64,000 nucleotides of DNA from Amoebophrya sp. A120 (Eukaryota; Protista; Dinoflagellata): contig CAJINV010000004.1 in NCBI GenBank assembly GCA_905178155.1, positions 2,378,228-2,442,227 of the forward strand, given 5' to 3'. Within the stretch, counting starts at the first letter, position 1, and every line of letters starts with the position of its first letter. Below, one piece after another: positions 38,301-49,971 of the stretch. The position numbers were made by a program, and so were the translations under genes. The notes under the pieces were generated by a model. The model saw only the letters and a program-made list of their open reading frames with translations. It did not search any database and was not told the origin of the DNA.

Positions 38301-41098
38301 GTGAAAGCAGACGATGTCGTCACGGCGCATTGCGGCTCTCACACCGTGGTCCGAGCAAGGGATAGCGACGCGCTCTTCTCGTGGGGTGGGAAGCTGGATA
38401 CCAGGAAGACGAAGAGGTACAGCTACTTAGGTGCTGAAGATGGGCCTCGTCGTGATACAGGTACAGCTGAGAATTGTAGTTCAGTGCCGGCATCAAGTTC
38501 TTCTTCTTCGTACAACTTGCACAAATTGATTCTCGGAGGCGCTAGAATTACAACACCAGCCGGCGTCGATGATGGAGCAGTAGTCCCAGCTAGTAGTCGT
38601 GCAACAGCAGGGGCTGCTTCGCTCTCTTCCACGACCACTGGAGATCGCTTGAATACCGCTGCTGCTGATCCGGGAATGTCAATACCAGGATCCCCGACTT
38701 CTACGACGTTTCCGAAGCAACTTGACAATGGGGACCACCTTTCACTAGGGGTGAACGAGGTGCAGCTGAGCATAGTGGAATGTAGCAACACGAGAAGTAC
38801 ACCAGGAGTAGCGGATCAAAACCACAGCAATCCTGGCAGGGTTGTAATGGATGATGAAGATACCTCCACTACTGCTGCTGCTCCCGGGGTTCTTATCTAC
38901 ACGCCACGACAACTTGACATGTTTGAGGTCGTGAAAAATCAGGTTGATGACCCGGAAAACAAGAGTATGACGAAGAAAGACACGACGGAAACCAGCAGAA
39001 CAGCTTCCTCACTCGCCTACCAGCATTCCCGGCGCGCGGTTCCGGACAATTTGAGTAGAAATACGGGCAACGAAAATAAAAACGAGCTGCTGTTCAAGAA
39101 CATACTAAATGCGCGTAGTTTACAAGTGCGCAAAATCGCTACCGGCGCTCACTTCACCGTGTTTGTGACCGTAGAGGGCAATGTGTACGCGCAGGGACTA
39201 CTGGACGAAGACGACCACTGGAGCGGTGAAGACGGAGTCTTAGGGCCGCAAGCTTCGCCAAGGACGTCGTCGAGCAGGGTCGGGACTGGAATAAGGGAAC
39301 AACATCAGAACGAAAATCGCAACCGCCTTGCAAGAACTCTGACGTCCTCCGTGTACCGCATACCAATCGAACACGAGGTTATCGAAGATGGAACTACATT
39401 GAAGCCCCCCTTAGAGCAAAATCAAAGCGAAAAACACCCTGGTGCTTCTCCTCGTTCTATTGGTCGTGCAGCAGTTTGTCCGCAGCCGCCGCTCCGCGTC
39501 CGCGACGTGGCCTGCGGGTCGTTTCACGCGGTGGCGCTGACGACGGACGGCGATTTGTTCTCCTGGGGGCGGGGCGAGGGGGGGCAGCTGGGGTTGCCGT
39601 TAGCGACCTTGGAGAGAGAGTTCGAGCAAACGGGTGACACTTTCGTCAACGTGCCCCGGAAGATATTTTTAAACGTAGAGGCGGAAGAAGATGTGGATGT
39701 CAAGTTTACCCAAGTAGCGTGTGGCGAAGTGCACTGCTGCGCGGTGGACACGAAGGGGCAGGTGTACTCCTGGGGCTGGGGTATCAAATGCAAATATATC
39801 TGGGTCTGGAAACTTGTAATGCTGAGAGACGTAGCACGAGGAGGCCACAAATGATGGCTCAGCATGACAAGTTTCTGAGCTTCTAAGTGTTGCCTATTCT
39901 GCATGGCAAAGCGCGTTTCTGCATCACAGAAAAATAGGGTTTTTGGGTACCGTGCATGGCAGACTTGAGAGTCTTGCTAGCCTAGCACGACAAATCTTGC
40001 ACTTTCCAGACCCAGACATTTTTGCAATTCATATGGGGCGAATTCGGGCAATTGGGGCTGGATCCGGCCGCGTTTCCGTCGGAAGATTCGAAGAGGTGCT
40101 TTACGCCGAAGAAAATTGACGGCGCGAAATACTTTCACGACCGGAAAATCCGGGAAGTGAAGTGCGGCGGCGCGTTCAGTGTGGCGGTGACAGTCTGTTC
40201 GGCGGTCGTGGCAGGATCGCAGAAGGAGGTCGTGACAGGAGCAACGTCTTCGAAGAAAAATATCGACCACGAAAATGAATCTTCGGCCGGCGCGTCTAGC
40301 AGTTCGAAAGCCTCTCAAAGGATCGCTGTAGAAGACGGGCGGGAAGAAGATAATGAGTTACTGACCGGCGATGTCGATTTGGATTTGCGAAGGCATGTGG
40401 AATATCAAATGTAAAAATGTCTGGGTCTGGAAGAGTGCGCGATTTGTCATGCACCTTTTCCATGACCCATCCCCATGAGGTCTGGAATGCAGGACCTAGC
40501 ATGACAGATTCTGTGCGATCTCTCTCATGCCTATCCTGCATGAGAAACTCCCTCCCGACTTGGTCAAAACTGGACGACTTTTGGCAATCGTGCAACACAG
40601 ATTTTTGCATGCTTCAGATTTAGCATGACAAGTTGCATTCTTCCAGACCCAGACATTTTTACATTTGATATGGAAAGTACTACATCCACGACGCAACCAA
40701 CCTCCGTCACGTTTGACGGACTGTACTCCGGCAGCCAGGGCGGGCAGGTGTACGCGTGGGGCACCAACGACCGGGGGCAGGTGGCGCAGCACCCCTCGAA
40801 AGTGTTCGAGCAGCGCACGCCGCACCACTTGCTGGCGCTCGCGCACACGTGCGTGGTCGAGGTGTCCTGCGGGTTGCACCATACGCTTGCGTTGGACGTG
40901 ACCGGGCGCGTGTTCGCCTGGGGTAGCAACTCGCACGGGCAGCTGGGTACCCGGTCCCTGCCGAAAACGCGACAGCCGCCCCCCGTGTTTGCGGGCAGCC
41001 AGGAGTTTGAGTGTGCGCCCCAGCCACTGCAGGCCCTCTCGCGGATTCGCATCTGCAAAGTTGCTGCGGGCAGAGAGCATTCAGTCCTGTTGACGTAA
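35350..41098 (+). CDS. RCC1-repeat (beta-propeller) protein, ~1,510 aa; 5 TIR introns
   Basis: RCC1 motifs GQIFVFGSNKFGQLG, KIATGAHFTVFVTVEGNVY, DVACGSFHAVALTTDGDLFSWGRGEGGQLG, QVACGEVHCCAVDTKGQVYSWGWG|EFGQLG, EVSCGLHHTLALDVTGRVFAWGSNSHGQLG. Span 5,749 minus 1,216 = 4,533 nt. Start codon and extreme 3' end uncertain (possible GT-AG intron 41095-41160). Confidence 0.85.
36442..36591. mobile_element. TIR intron, family E, 150 bp (shortest in window)
   Basis: TATCCTGTGTAAAAGTCTCGTACT...AGTACGATACTTTTGCAATGCATA; direct repeat ACTGG; join VAHW|ALRGYL. Confidence 0.9.
37625..37876. mobile_element. TIR intron, family A, 252 bp
   Basis: Perfect 32-bp TIR TATCAAATGTAAAAATGTCTGGGTCTGGAAGA; direct repeat CCGGA; join TSPD|DLDQEV. 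Confidence 0.95.
38003..38271. mobile_element. TIR intron, family A, 269 bp
   Basis: Family A TIRs, right end slightly eroded; direct repeat TGCGG/CGCGG (4/5); join RPLR|LMALAT. Confidence 0.9.
39782..40033. mobile_element. TIR intron, family A, 252 bp
   Basis: Family A TIRs; direct repeat TGGGG; join rebuilds RCC1 motif YSWGWG|EFGQLG. Confidence 0.95.
40403..40670. mobile_element. TIR intron, family A, 268 bp; reverse-orientation copy of 38003-38271
   Basis: Perfect 32-bp TIR; direct repeat TGGAA; join RHVE|STTSTT. Confidence 0.95.
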
Positions 41099-42103
41099 GA
41101 ACTCTGGAGCAAGAAGGTCCGTTGTTTCTAATACATGATGTTATTTATTTACTTTACCAGCGCCTGAGGCAAAGTCAAAACGTATAATGTAAATGATTCT
41201 ACAGAATAAGCAGATCGACAGACATCGAAGAAAGATTGAAATAGATAGAATCACAGCTCGACATTTGCAAACGACAAATAACCGTCGGCGCATCGGTATT
41301 GAATTCGTATAAAAATGAAATGGGCATAATTCAGCATGAGCTTCAGCATCAGCAAGGGAATAAGAGGAGGCCATGTAGTGCGGGCAAATAAAACTTCCAT
41401 TCGTGTTGTCCGTGAAGATGTCCTCATTGTCACTCGTATCTGCGCAGACGTGGTTCTTCTTTGGGTCCAGCGAAAAACGAGAAGTTGTAGGCCGCTACAA
41501 CTCGTCTACTTGCTAATAAAAACAGAAGCGCAGGTGCGAATGCGATCGATGATAGGATCGAGGATCAGTTGTGCGTTTCGTTTTGGTGCTTCGTTTAAAT
41601 AACTACAACAAGAAGTATTCGCTGCTCTCAATGCTCTGCCGAGGAGACTCAGATTTCTCGTCGTTCCTGATTGCTAGCTTATCTACTTCTCTTTCGAGCT
41701 CGATAGAGGATCTTCCCTTGATCGCACACATAGATCGGTGGTACTTATTGAAACGAAGCAGTTCGAAGATCATCTCCATCTCCTCGATATGTTGGGCTAC
41801 CGTTCTTAGTGTTGTTCGTTCTAGGTAAAATTTTGGGCGGCTCTTCGAAAAAGAGCAAAGATTCATAAACTATTACGAGTGGCTTCTGGCCAGGTCTGGT
41901 TCTTGAGCCAACCATGTATGAACCACGTTTATATACGGTTATTTCGGAATTCGCATGTGACCTGCGGCGGCCACCTAACCTATGCACATTACAACATAAA
42001 TTGCATTTTTTCTTCGTGTAGTGGTCCAGCATTTTTTGAAAGGAATTTTTTAAGGACGATAAAAGAGATTCTCAAGAACTGACTTGTGATTTACGTTATT
42101 ATC

Positions 42104-43686
42104 ATGGACGCCTCCTTGTCGCAGTTTTTCAAGGAGCAGCATGCCTTACCGGACAACCAGCATTGTTTCGAGTGCTTCCAGAAGGACAACTCCTGGGCCT
42201 CGACCATATCCTGAGCAAAAACGCCCCCACCCCATAGTCAAGTAGGGATTCTAGCAACACAAATCTCCAAGTTTTGGGAGCTGGGCATGACAAGTCTTCC
42301 TCTTTATTGTAGTGCTGGTTGGCAAGGGAAGCCGCATGAGAAAGCCATTTTCTCATCCTGTTTACAGCATTGCAAGTTCCAAAGCACGATTGGAAATGTC
42401 TCGTCTCATGGAGCTGCTCATTCCAAACGTTCCTGGTGTCATTGCGAATTTGCATGACAACTATGAATGGGGTGGGGACGTTTTTACATAGGATAGACCA
42501 GTTTCGGCATCTACCTGTGCCACACCTGCTCCGGGGTGCATCGGAGCCTGGGCTCGCACGTCAGTTTCGTTCGCTCCTGCACGATGGACCGGTGGCAGCC
42601 CGAGCACATGCTCCGGATGCGATTCGGCGGAAACAGACTGTTCGACGACTACTTGCAGCAAAACGTGGGCGCGAATTGGCGAATTACGTGGAAAAACGTG
42701 CCCTTGGGGGAGAGGTGGGATGATGATAATGTTTCTGCGCATGGTTTTGTGTTGAATTATTTCAACAATTTATAATAAATTGCGCGATTTCAATTTCTTC
42801 ACGTATAAGCCTGCTTCTTCATTGTTTCCAAGCGGGTCTCGATTTTGCCCTGCAGCAGTTGAACCGGCTTTGAAGGTGAGTTCCGTATCAAATAGGTTTT
42901 GGTAGCGTCAAAAACGATCTTCTACAATCGATAACTTGTTTCGTTGTAGCGCAACTTCTACACTACGACACAAGGTACCAGCACCCAGCCAGTGTGCGTT
43001 TCAAGGAGGAGATGACGGCGCACTTGGCCGCAGCTGCGTCCTCCTCTACAAGTTCTGCAGCTTCGAGTGCTGCTGGCCCGGTAAGGACGACCAGTTCCGC
43101 ATCTGGTTCCTCGTCAACATGGTCTATTGCAGCTCTGCCGCAAGCAAATGCAATTTCGTGTAGTACAACGACTACTGTACAACTAGGAGCTGCTGCTGCA
43201 TCCGCGGCCTCGCAGGGAGGAAATCATCTTGGCCGGCCGCGCATAGTTGGAGATGACAAGGGACCGACATCAAGTAGTGGTTTACATCTTCTTCACCCTA
43301 CAACCGGGCTGCAGTCTGCAACCACGTCTGCGTCAGACACGGATATGAAGTCTTCTTCTTCCTCATCGTCTTCAGCGATGCTTTGTGCTAGTGCAGCATT
43401 TCTCCCGATCGGTCCTACGCAGACAACAAATGCGACACTTTCAGGAGGCGGGACAGCAGGAATGAAGCAAGATGGTGCGCAGCAGGCGATGTTGAACCAT
43501 CAGCCAGTGTACAATGGAATAGATGGAAAAAGTAAGAGTCAACTACATGTAGCTCCTGTAGCACCAAACGGAACAAAAAACGCATCGTCGAACGGGAACA
43601 ATATTAAGCAGGGTCAAGTTGTCGATGTCTGGTCAGATAAACTGTGGGGCATGTGGGACGATGAATTCTGGGAATCACCGACCTAA
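42104..43686 (+). CDS. ADP-ribosylation factor GTPase-activating protein (ArfGAP, ArfGAP1/Gcs1-like), ~342 aa
   Basis: Reconstructed MDASLSQFFKEQHALPDNQHCFECFQKDNSWAST|SFGIYLCHTCSGVHRSLGSHVSFVRSCTMDRW..MRFGGNR gives CX2CX16CX2CX4R; TIR intron 42207-42495 and GT-AG intron 42715-42974; acidic Trp-rich C-terminus WDDEFW. Confidence 0.92.
42207..42495. mobile_element. TIR intron, family D, 289 bp, inside the ArfGAP zinc finger
   Basis: TATCCTGAGCAAAAACGCCCCCACCCCAT...ATGGGGTGGGGACGTTTTTACATAGGATA; direct repeat GACCA. Confidence 0.95.
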
Positions 43687-44524
43687 AAGCTACATGTCGA
43701 GCAAATAAAGTAGTCCACAATTTATTCAGCGATCTGCGAGCACGCCTGCTACCCGCCATGGCCACAAAACTTCTATTTTACCGCCCTGCTGCCGCGATAC
43801 TTGTTTTTAGGATTATGAGTGTTCGTTTTGTCGGCGAAGACGTTAATGAACGAGCAAATTGTTGTAGAGAATTGAAATCAATCATATCAATGTGATGGAT
43901 CGCGAGGATACTAGCTTGTCGGAAAATCTGTGGAGGATGAATGGGGGAATTTTTTGTTTTATGTGCTGCAAGAAATAACCGATCCTTGATGGTGAGAAAA
44001 GAGATCAAAAACGTTAGCGCTTACACCAAGCCAACCCGACGAAAGGAAAGGGCGGGTTACTCAATGCGATCAGCGAATGTGAATTGAAGAGCACACAGCA
44101 AAACTCGTGATGCAATGTATGAGCGCTAAGAATTATGCTGATGCAAAACGATGCACAAGATGATCGGGTGCTTACTTTTTGTTGCTTTTGTTTGTTTCAA
44201 CTCACAATTTGTTGGATGTCGTTGGTGCTTCGGACAAAATGAAAGCTTTCGGTTTAGTTCTGGGAGCATTTATTTTCGGTCAGAAAGCGTCGGCTGGTCT
44301 TTGTTTCTATCCATCGGTCCCCGTCCCGGCCTGAATTTGGCTTTGCTGCTCCTTCGCTATCACGTGTTTTCGCTCTTCTTTGTTGTCGGCCTCGTGTACA
44401 ACTATCTACTGGAAGATCATGTCTTTATATCAGCACCGTCTTTTCTGCTTTATTTTAGCTATCATCGCATCCAGCATTTATCATTTTTGGAGAATTAGTT
44501 GCCGGCGTTACACCCACGAGAAAA

Positions 44525-47500
44525 ATGCCTCGGAATTCTACTGCCTCCAGGGCTGCTCCAACAAATGCAAACATAACTCCTACCACCAGTACCACAAATA
44601 ATTCTTCGCGAAGTAGGCCGGCACGTGAGGACCAAGAACTACATGATCCGCAAAGCGCGACGAAAATTCTGCGCCTGCTCGAGGAGGATCATGACCCCAC
44701 GGCAGATGCGATTCCCACCTTATCCCACGAAAAAAGTGTTTCACTGTAAGGATTTTGCAAGTTTTGCATCACAAGTTTGCTCTGCATGACAGCGAAAATT
44801 TGCAATGCGCGACTTCCAAGGGAAAACACCGCTAAAAAGCCACTGTCTTGCATGTCTAGCAAAACAAACAGAAACACTTCTGAGATACATTTTCTGCATT
44901 ACAAGCTTACAGTGAAACAGGTTTTTCTTGCGATACGCCTACCACGACCAGAACGGCCTACTGTCGCCGACCAGCGGCGGGGTAGTAGTTTCATCGCTGC
45001 ACAGAACAAATTTGGATTTTCTAGAGGAGGAGGAGGAAGATGAAGCAGAACAACACCTACAACACCTACACCTACTTCCAAGGAGCAGCAATAAAGCCAC
45101 GACAACTCGACATCTTCGGGGTGGAGTAGATGGCGTGCAAAATGGTCAAATGGGACGCGGGCGAGGAGATACAGGCTGTAGTACTGAGACGGGCGGGACG
45201 AGTTTTTATCAAGTGGACGCTACTACAACGCCGACGAGGGTCCAGTGGACGCAGGTGGATGTTGAGGTCATCGCAAGACACCACTACAACTACCACTGTC
45301 AGTTGCAAGATACAACCACGGGCGCAGCTGGCTGTATTCAAGAAAATAACGGTTATTTTGATACTTCCACTTCATCGACGCGGTTCTACTCACAGTCTGC
45401 GTATACTACCGATCGCGACAGCAGTTCTTGTACCTTTTCATCTGCGGCCACTCCTGCCGTGGGGCGCGGTTGTATTCAAAATGTTTCGCTTTCGCTTTCA
45501 TCATATTCGCGTGAAAGTCTATTGATCTTTAGCAGGTAGATTGCGGTGTACTACTGACTGGCTCCACCCAGGATATAAGAGTAGAAGTCATGGACGCTTA
45601 TGAGCACCTCCGCGTGTTTCTTCTACGTACTCATTTTGTTCTTCCTGCTGGTGCTTCATGATGCATTTCTCAAATGACCGCCTGGATGAAAGTACACCTA
45701 CTACAAACAGCGTCATCTGTCGCAAGCACGAGCAGCACCCCTGGAGGCGGTCTAGGGGTGAGGAACGTCCTCACCGGTGGCGCGACGACCGTGCATGGTC
45801 CTTCCAGATTCCTGCCGTCGTCGACCTCCGCTTTCGATTTTGCCGCCGAGGACCGGCCGTTGGACTGTTTGCCCCTTTGTCAGCTGGAAAGTGCGCTTCT
45901 CACCACCACGAGAAAGCTGTTTCCCAAATTGCCCCATTTTGTCATTACTGGCGTAGCGGGGGCCGGAAAGCGGTTCGTGCTGCATGAACAAGAGGGGCTT
46001 GTTATCCTATTTAAAAACGTCCCCACCCCATAGTTGTAATGCAAATCTGCATGCTGAAAATGTTTCTCATGCGGAGCCCCATGAGAAGCATTTTCTAATC
46101 GTGTTTTGAAATTTGTCATGCTCCAATCAGCATGGTATGCTAGATCTGTGATGCTGCTGAGCAAGCTCAAACAGCACTACACTACGAATCCAAATTTGTC
46201 ATGCAAAACAGCCAAAACTTGTGGATTTGTCTAACCGATTCCCCAACTTGACTATGGTGTGGGGACGTTTTTACTCAGGATACTTGTTCCGTCAACAAAC
46301 AACAACAATAATAATAAAACTGCTGCGTCCTCTACTACTTCTCACTGTTATTTCCCCTCGTCGGCTACGGCTAGTAGTAGTTCTACCACTGCTAGTGCTC
46401 AACAAACGACCCAAACAAGTGGGCCGCGGACGACGGCGCACAGGATGAATAACAAGAAGACTACTCTAGCATCAGCCGCGCAAAGCAACAACTGTAGTAC
46501 CAAGAACATCCACGTGCCCTTCTCCGTTTTCCTGTCTCTCGTGAAGGAGGCGGAGGCGCTGTGCTTTGCCTTTGTTGACAACTCTGAGGTGGACGATGAT
46601 TATCGAAGCGGTTGTTCGGCACAAGGGCGAGAGGAGGAGGACAGAGCAACTCCTGTGAAGATGAAGATGAAAGTGCAGCTTCCGAGTATCAATCAAGCGG
46701 TGATGCAAACGAAGATGTTGCACGGCGGTGGTACAACTTTTGGTCTCCAGGAGGAGCAGCTGGAGGTGCAGCACCAATCTAATACCTTTGTCTCCCCGGA
46801 CCGAAATTATAAACAACTTCAACAATCTATGGATGTGTCAGGATTGAAATCGACAAAATCGAAAAATTTGTGATGCATAAAATGCAGGGCACTGAAGGCC
46901 TGTATTGGGGAGTAGGCAAATGAGGCCGATTGTAAGCCTGTTTAGGGGTATACAATGTGCTGCCAGAGTAGCATTACAGACGGAGTCTTCTTTGCCCAAA
47001 CAGCATGACAGACTGGATTTGGGTACTCCCGAAATTTGTCATGCGCCACTTGGAAACTGAGGCTCCAACTGACATCGATTTGGTGCATCATCGATTTTGT
47101 CAATTTCGATTCTGACACGTCCATACAATCAAGTGGTCGGCACAGACTTGCACGAGGAGATAGTCTCCAACACAGCGGGAAAACGACACCCAATTTGTTG
47201 TCATCTTCATCCTCGTGTGCAGTGTAAAAGTGTAGAGTATAATCCGACAGCACTAGGAGTGATTGCATTTGCATCACAAATGTGCTCTTCAGCATGACAA
47301 AGGGAGCACTTTGTCAATATGGTGCATTGCCTAAGAAACCAGCTTCGTCACATGCCGGATTCTTGCAAGTTACTACAACTGCTGCGATTTGTCTTGCTTT
47401 GCACAGGATACGCTGAAGAAGCATCTAATCTCCAGCACGAGCAGTACGCCGGGGCGTCGGCGCGGGCTCACGAGTGGGCCGCAGCCCAGATCCTGGATGT

Positions 47501-49971
47501 CCTCTACAGCATCCTCGGGCGCAGCGACGCCGTTCGATGTTGGTCTTCTAGGAGCGGCCCCGACGAATTTCACTACCAGTACGGACGGTGTCTTCCCGGT
47601 GTCGTCCAGTGGTGCAACGCAGCAACTGTTCGCGCGAACGGTAATATCTTCGTCAACAGCAGGAACATTCATCCACCAGAACAAATCGGTTCGCAGTACT
47701 GGATTTTTGCACAATTCCGGCCCGGCCTCCGTGTCACCGTCCAAGGAGCGTAGTGGCCGCCCCCGAACAGATGTTAGTATCGAAAGGGACGACGAGGGAA
47801 ACTTCGTCTTCGTCGCGATCATTCTTTCTTTGGCAGCTGGAAATTATGCATGAAAAAGCTGCATGTGCATGGGATGGCTGGTTGTCATGCCGGAGAACGC
47901 GTATATATAGAGAAATACGTAAAAATACCATTTTTTCTGCTGCACAAATGATTTTTTGCAAAATAGATTCATTATTTTTCGATCTCAATTGTGAAGACGA
48001 AGTGTTTATTTCGTTTGATAGTCCGCGGCCTGGTAAACAGTGCGTCCAAGAAGATTCTGGACTCTTGTACGTCTGGCGGAGGACCAGGACGTGTTGGCTC
48101 TGTAGTCTCCTCGTCTTCCGGTTCCTCGTCTAAAAACACCACTGCCTCGTGCACGCCGCCGGTTGGATATCGCAAGAAAAAGCTGTTGCACTGTAAACTT
48201 GTGATGCATAAAATGGAACACAGAAGTATTTGTCTATGCTACACATGCAAAAAAGTGGATTTTTAGCTGTGTTTCCCTTAGGAAGCCTGCGTGGCAAATG
48301 TTCTCTGTCATGTAGAACGAACTTGTGATGCAAAACGACCTGCAAAATCCTTACAGTGAAACACTTTTGTCGTACGATATTGGAACATCATCGAGTACTA
48401 TGGTTGTGACGGACCACCGGCCGCCAGTGCCAGCAGTACCAACATCTTCTTACACGACCCCCGCTGAAAATAATTGCACCTCATCCACCCGCCCCTACCC
48501 GGCGACACTGTTGCAGCAGCAAGATCTTCATCTCGTACGAGAAAGATACGACCAGCAGACTGCGATGAACTACACGGAAGATTTCGAGCTTGCTGCAACA
48601 ACTGGGTACATGCTCGATGAAACAGAAACAGCAGCAGCCGCAACGAAAAGCCAGCTGAATTTCTGTGGGCGGCTGGTGGTGTCGCGTATCGTACGAAAAA
48701 AGTGTTTCACTGTAAGGATTTTGCAAGTTGTGCATCACAAGTTCGCTACACATATACAAAGAAAACTTGCCATGCAAGGAGCCTAAGGGAAAACACCGCT
48801 GAAAATCCACTGTCTTGCATGTGTAGCAAGACAAACATCGCCGTGATGCATTTTCTGCATTGCAGACTTACAGTGAAACAGTTTTTTCTTGCGATATCGC
48901 GCCACCTCCCGTCAATGGAGGCCCTCAGGGGGCACAAGCAGTCGAAGCCTCGTATGGGGTTCTCAAACGTTACTTTCTCAACTGTTACATGATTTGTCAT
49001 GCAAAATGACCATGACCCGCCAGACGATCAAGCTGCTGCGCATGACAAATTCTGAGAGGGCTAAACAGCACTATAATCCGCACCAAACCTGTAATGCAAG
49101 ACGCGCAAGGTTCTCCCTCTCAACTGTGCTAGTCGTGCATTACAAATTCATGTCGGTTTAGCATTACAAATTCGGTGGTGGCCTGAGCATCTGCGGAAAG
49201 GTGCCCTATGGGTTGCGTTTGTGGTTTCGGTCGGTTTAGCATTACAAATTCATGTAACAGTTGGGAATGTAACGTTTGAGAACGCCATACCTCGGGAGCT
49301 TTCCCCGGGTGATAGTAACAGTAGATGACTGTGATGTCGATAACTTGAAGACGCAAAGATACTTTTGAGAATTCACTTTCCTCAACATGTACAAAGAATT
49401 TGAAGTAGACTTCTAAAATTGGTGACCCGACGAGTAGGACTACATGATAATGCTTCGAGATTTTCAATATACGTGACACTCATTTTTTCTTTTCATCCTG
49501 TACGATAGATTCAACTATGTCGGTTTTTGATTTTGATTTATGCACAACATGTAGGACCAGGCGGAGGCCTGCAGCCCACCAGGAGCACGAGGTGCCCGAT
49601 AGATCTCTTTGCAGGAGGAAGAGCCACAGCAGCAGGTTGCCTTTGACAAGAATTTCAGACGCGCGGTGGTCACGTTCCTACTTTTGATTTTGTACGATGA
49701 AGATGTTGCCTTGGCTCAGCACTACCACTATGTGGACAAAAATTCTGTCGCACGCATATGTGAAAGAGGATATTCTTCTCGACACACCAAAGCCAAAGCG
49801 CTCCCGCTACTTCCCCCGTGGCCTACTTCACGACTGCGGAGACAACTTTTGCACCGCGTCTTCGCACCGAAGAAAAATCATTCGTGTTTAAAGACGTGTC
49901 TGTGTCATGGTTTTTCTGAAGCTGGCATCATCATTCAGGCAAAATCAAATATCGGTGAAAATCAAAAGTAA
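44525..49971 (+). CDS. Hypothetical P-loop protein, possibly a highly divergent RFC small-subunit/AAA+; 8 TIR introns; 3' end uncertain
   Basis: Frame is restored across 8 elements and a probable GT-AG intron (~45469-45710). LPHFVITGVAGAGKR resembles the RFC Walker A region; NFRRAVV in ORF 49609 resembles sensor-2, but its linkage to upstream exons was not resolved. Confidence 0.5.
44721..44935. mobile_element. TIR intron, family F, 215 bp
   Basis: TATCCCACGAAAAAAGTGTTTCACTGTAAG...CTTACAGTGAAACAGGTTTTTCTTGCGATA; direct repeat CACCT/CGCCT; join AIPT|YHDQNG. Confidence 0.9.
46003..46282. mobile_element. TIR intron, family D, 280 bp
   Basis: TATCCTATTTAAAAACGTCCCCAC...GTGGGGACGTTTTTACTCAGGATA; direct repeat CTTGT; join EGLV|PSTNNN. 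Confidence 0.93.
46828..47125. mobile_element. TIR intron, family G, 298 bp
   Basis: TATGGATGTGTCAGGATTGAAATCGACAAAATC...GATTTTGTCAATTTCGATTCTGACACGTCCATA; direct repeat CAATC; join LQQS|SGRHRL. Confidence 0.92.
47216..47410. mobile_element. Degenerate TIR intron, 195 bp
   Basis: TGTGCAGTGTAAAAG...CTTTGCACAGGATA; internal GCATCACAA and GCATGACAA; flanks CCTCG/CGCTG (2/5); removal of element plus 5 nt skips an in-frame stop and joins SSSS|KKHLISS. Confidence 0.65.
47778..48020. mobile_element. Degenerate TIR intron, 243 bp
   Basis: TATCGAAA..ACTTCGTCTTC...GAAGACGAAGT..TTCGTTTGATA; flanks GTTAG/GTCCG (3/5); join TDVS|GLVNSA. Confidence 0.7.
48168..48379. mobile_element. TIR intron, family F, 212 bp; opposite orientation to 44721 and 48687
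   Basis: TATCGCAAGAAAAAGCTGTTGCACTGTAA...TTACAGTGAAACACTTTTGTCGTACGATA; direct repeat TTGGA; join PPVG|TSSSTM. Confidence 0.93.
48687..48896. mobile_element. TIR intron, family F, 210 bp
   Basis: TATCGTACGAAAAAAGTGTTTCACTGTAAG...CTTACAGTGAAACAGTTTTTTCTTGCGATA; direct repeat TCGCG; join VVSR|HLPSME. Confidence 0.93.
48953..49289. mobile_element. TIR intron, singleton family, 337 bp
   Basis: TATGGGGTTCTCAAACGTTACTTTCTCAACTGTTACATGA...TCATGTAACAGTTGGGAATGTAACGTTTGAGAACGCCATA; direct repeat CCTCG; join SKPR|ELSPG. Confidence 0.92.

Noticed and set aside
41095-41210. TGA read-through extending the last RCC1 repeat (HSVLLT-A*GKVKTY after a possible intron 41095-41160)
   Set aside because: GKV fits the RCC1 pattern but no WG..GQLG follows, another stop comes soon after, and TGA terminates other genes here.
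41251-42032. Minus-strand gene (ORFs 41603-41866 and neighbours)
   Set aside because: Short, no recognisable domain and no joinable exons; at most a pseudogene remnant.
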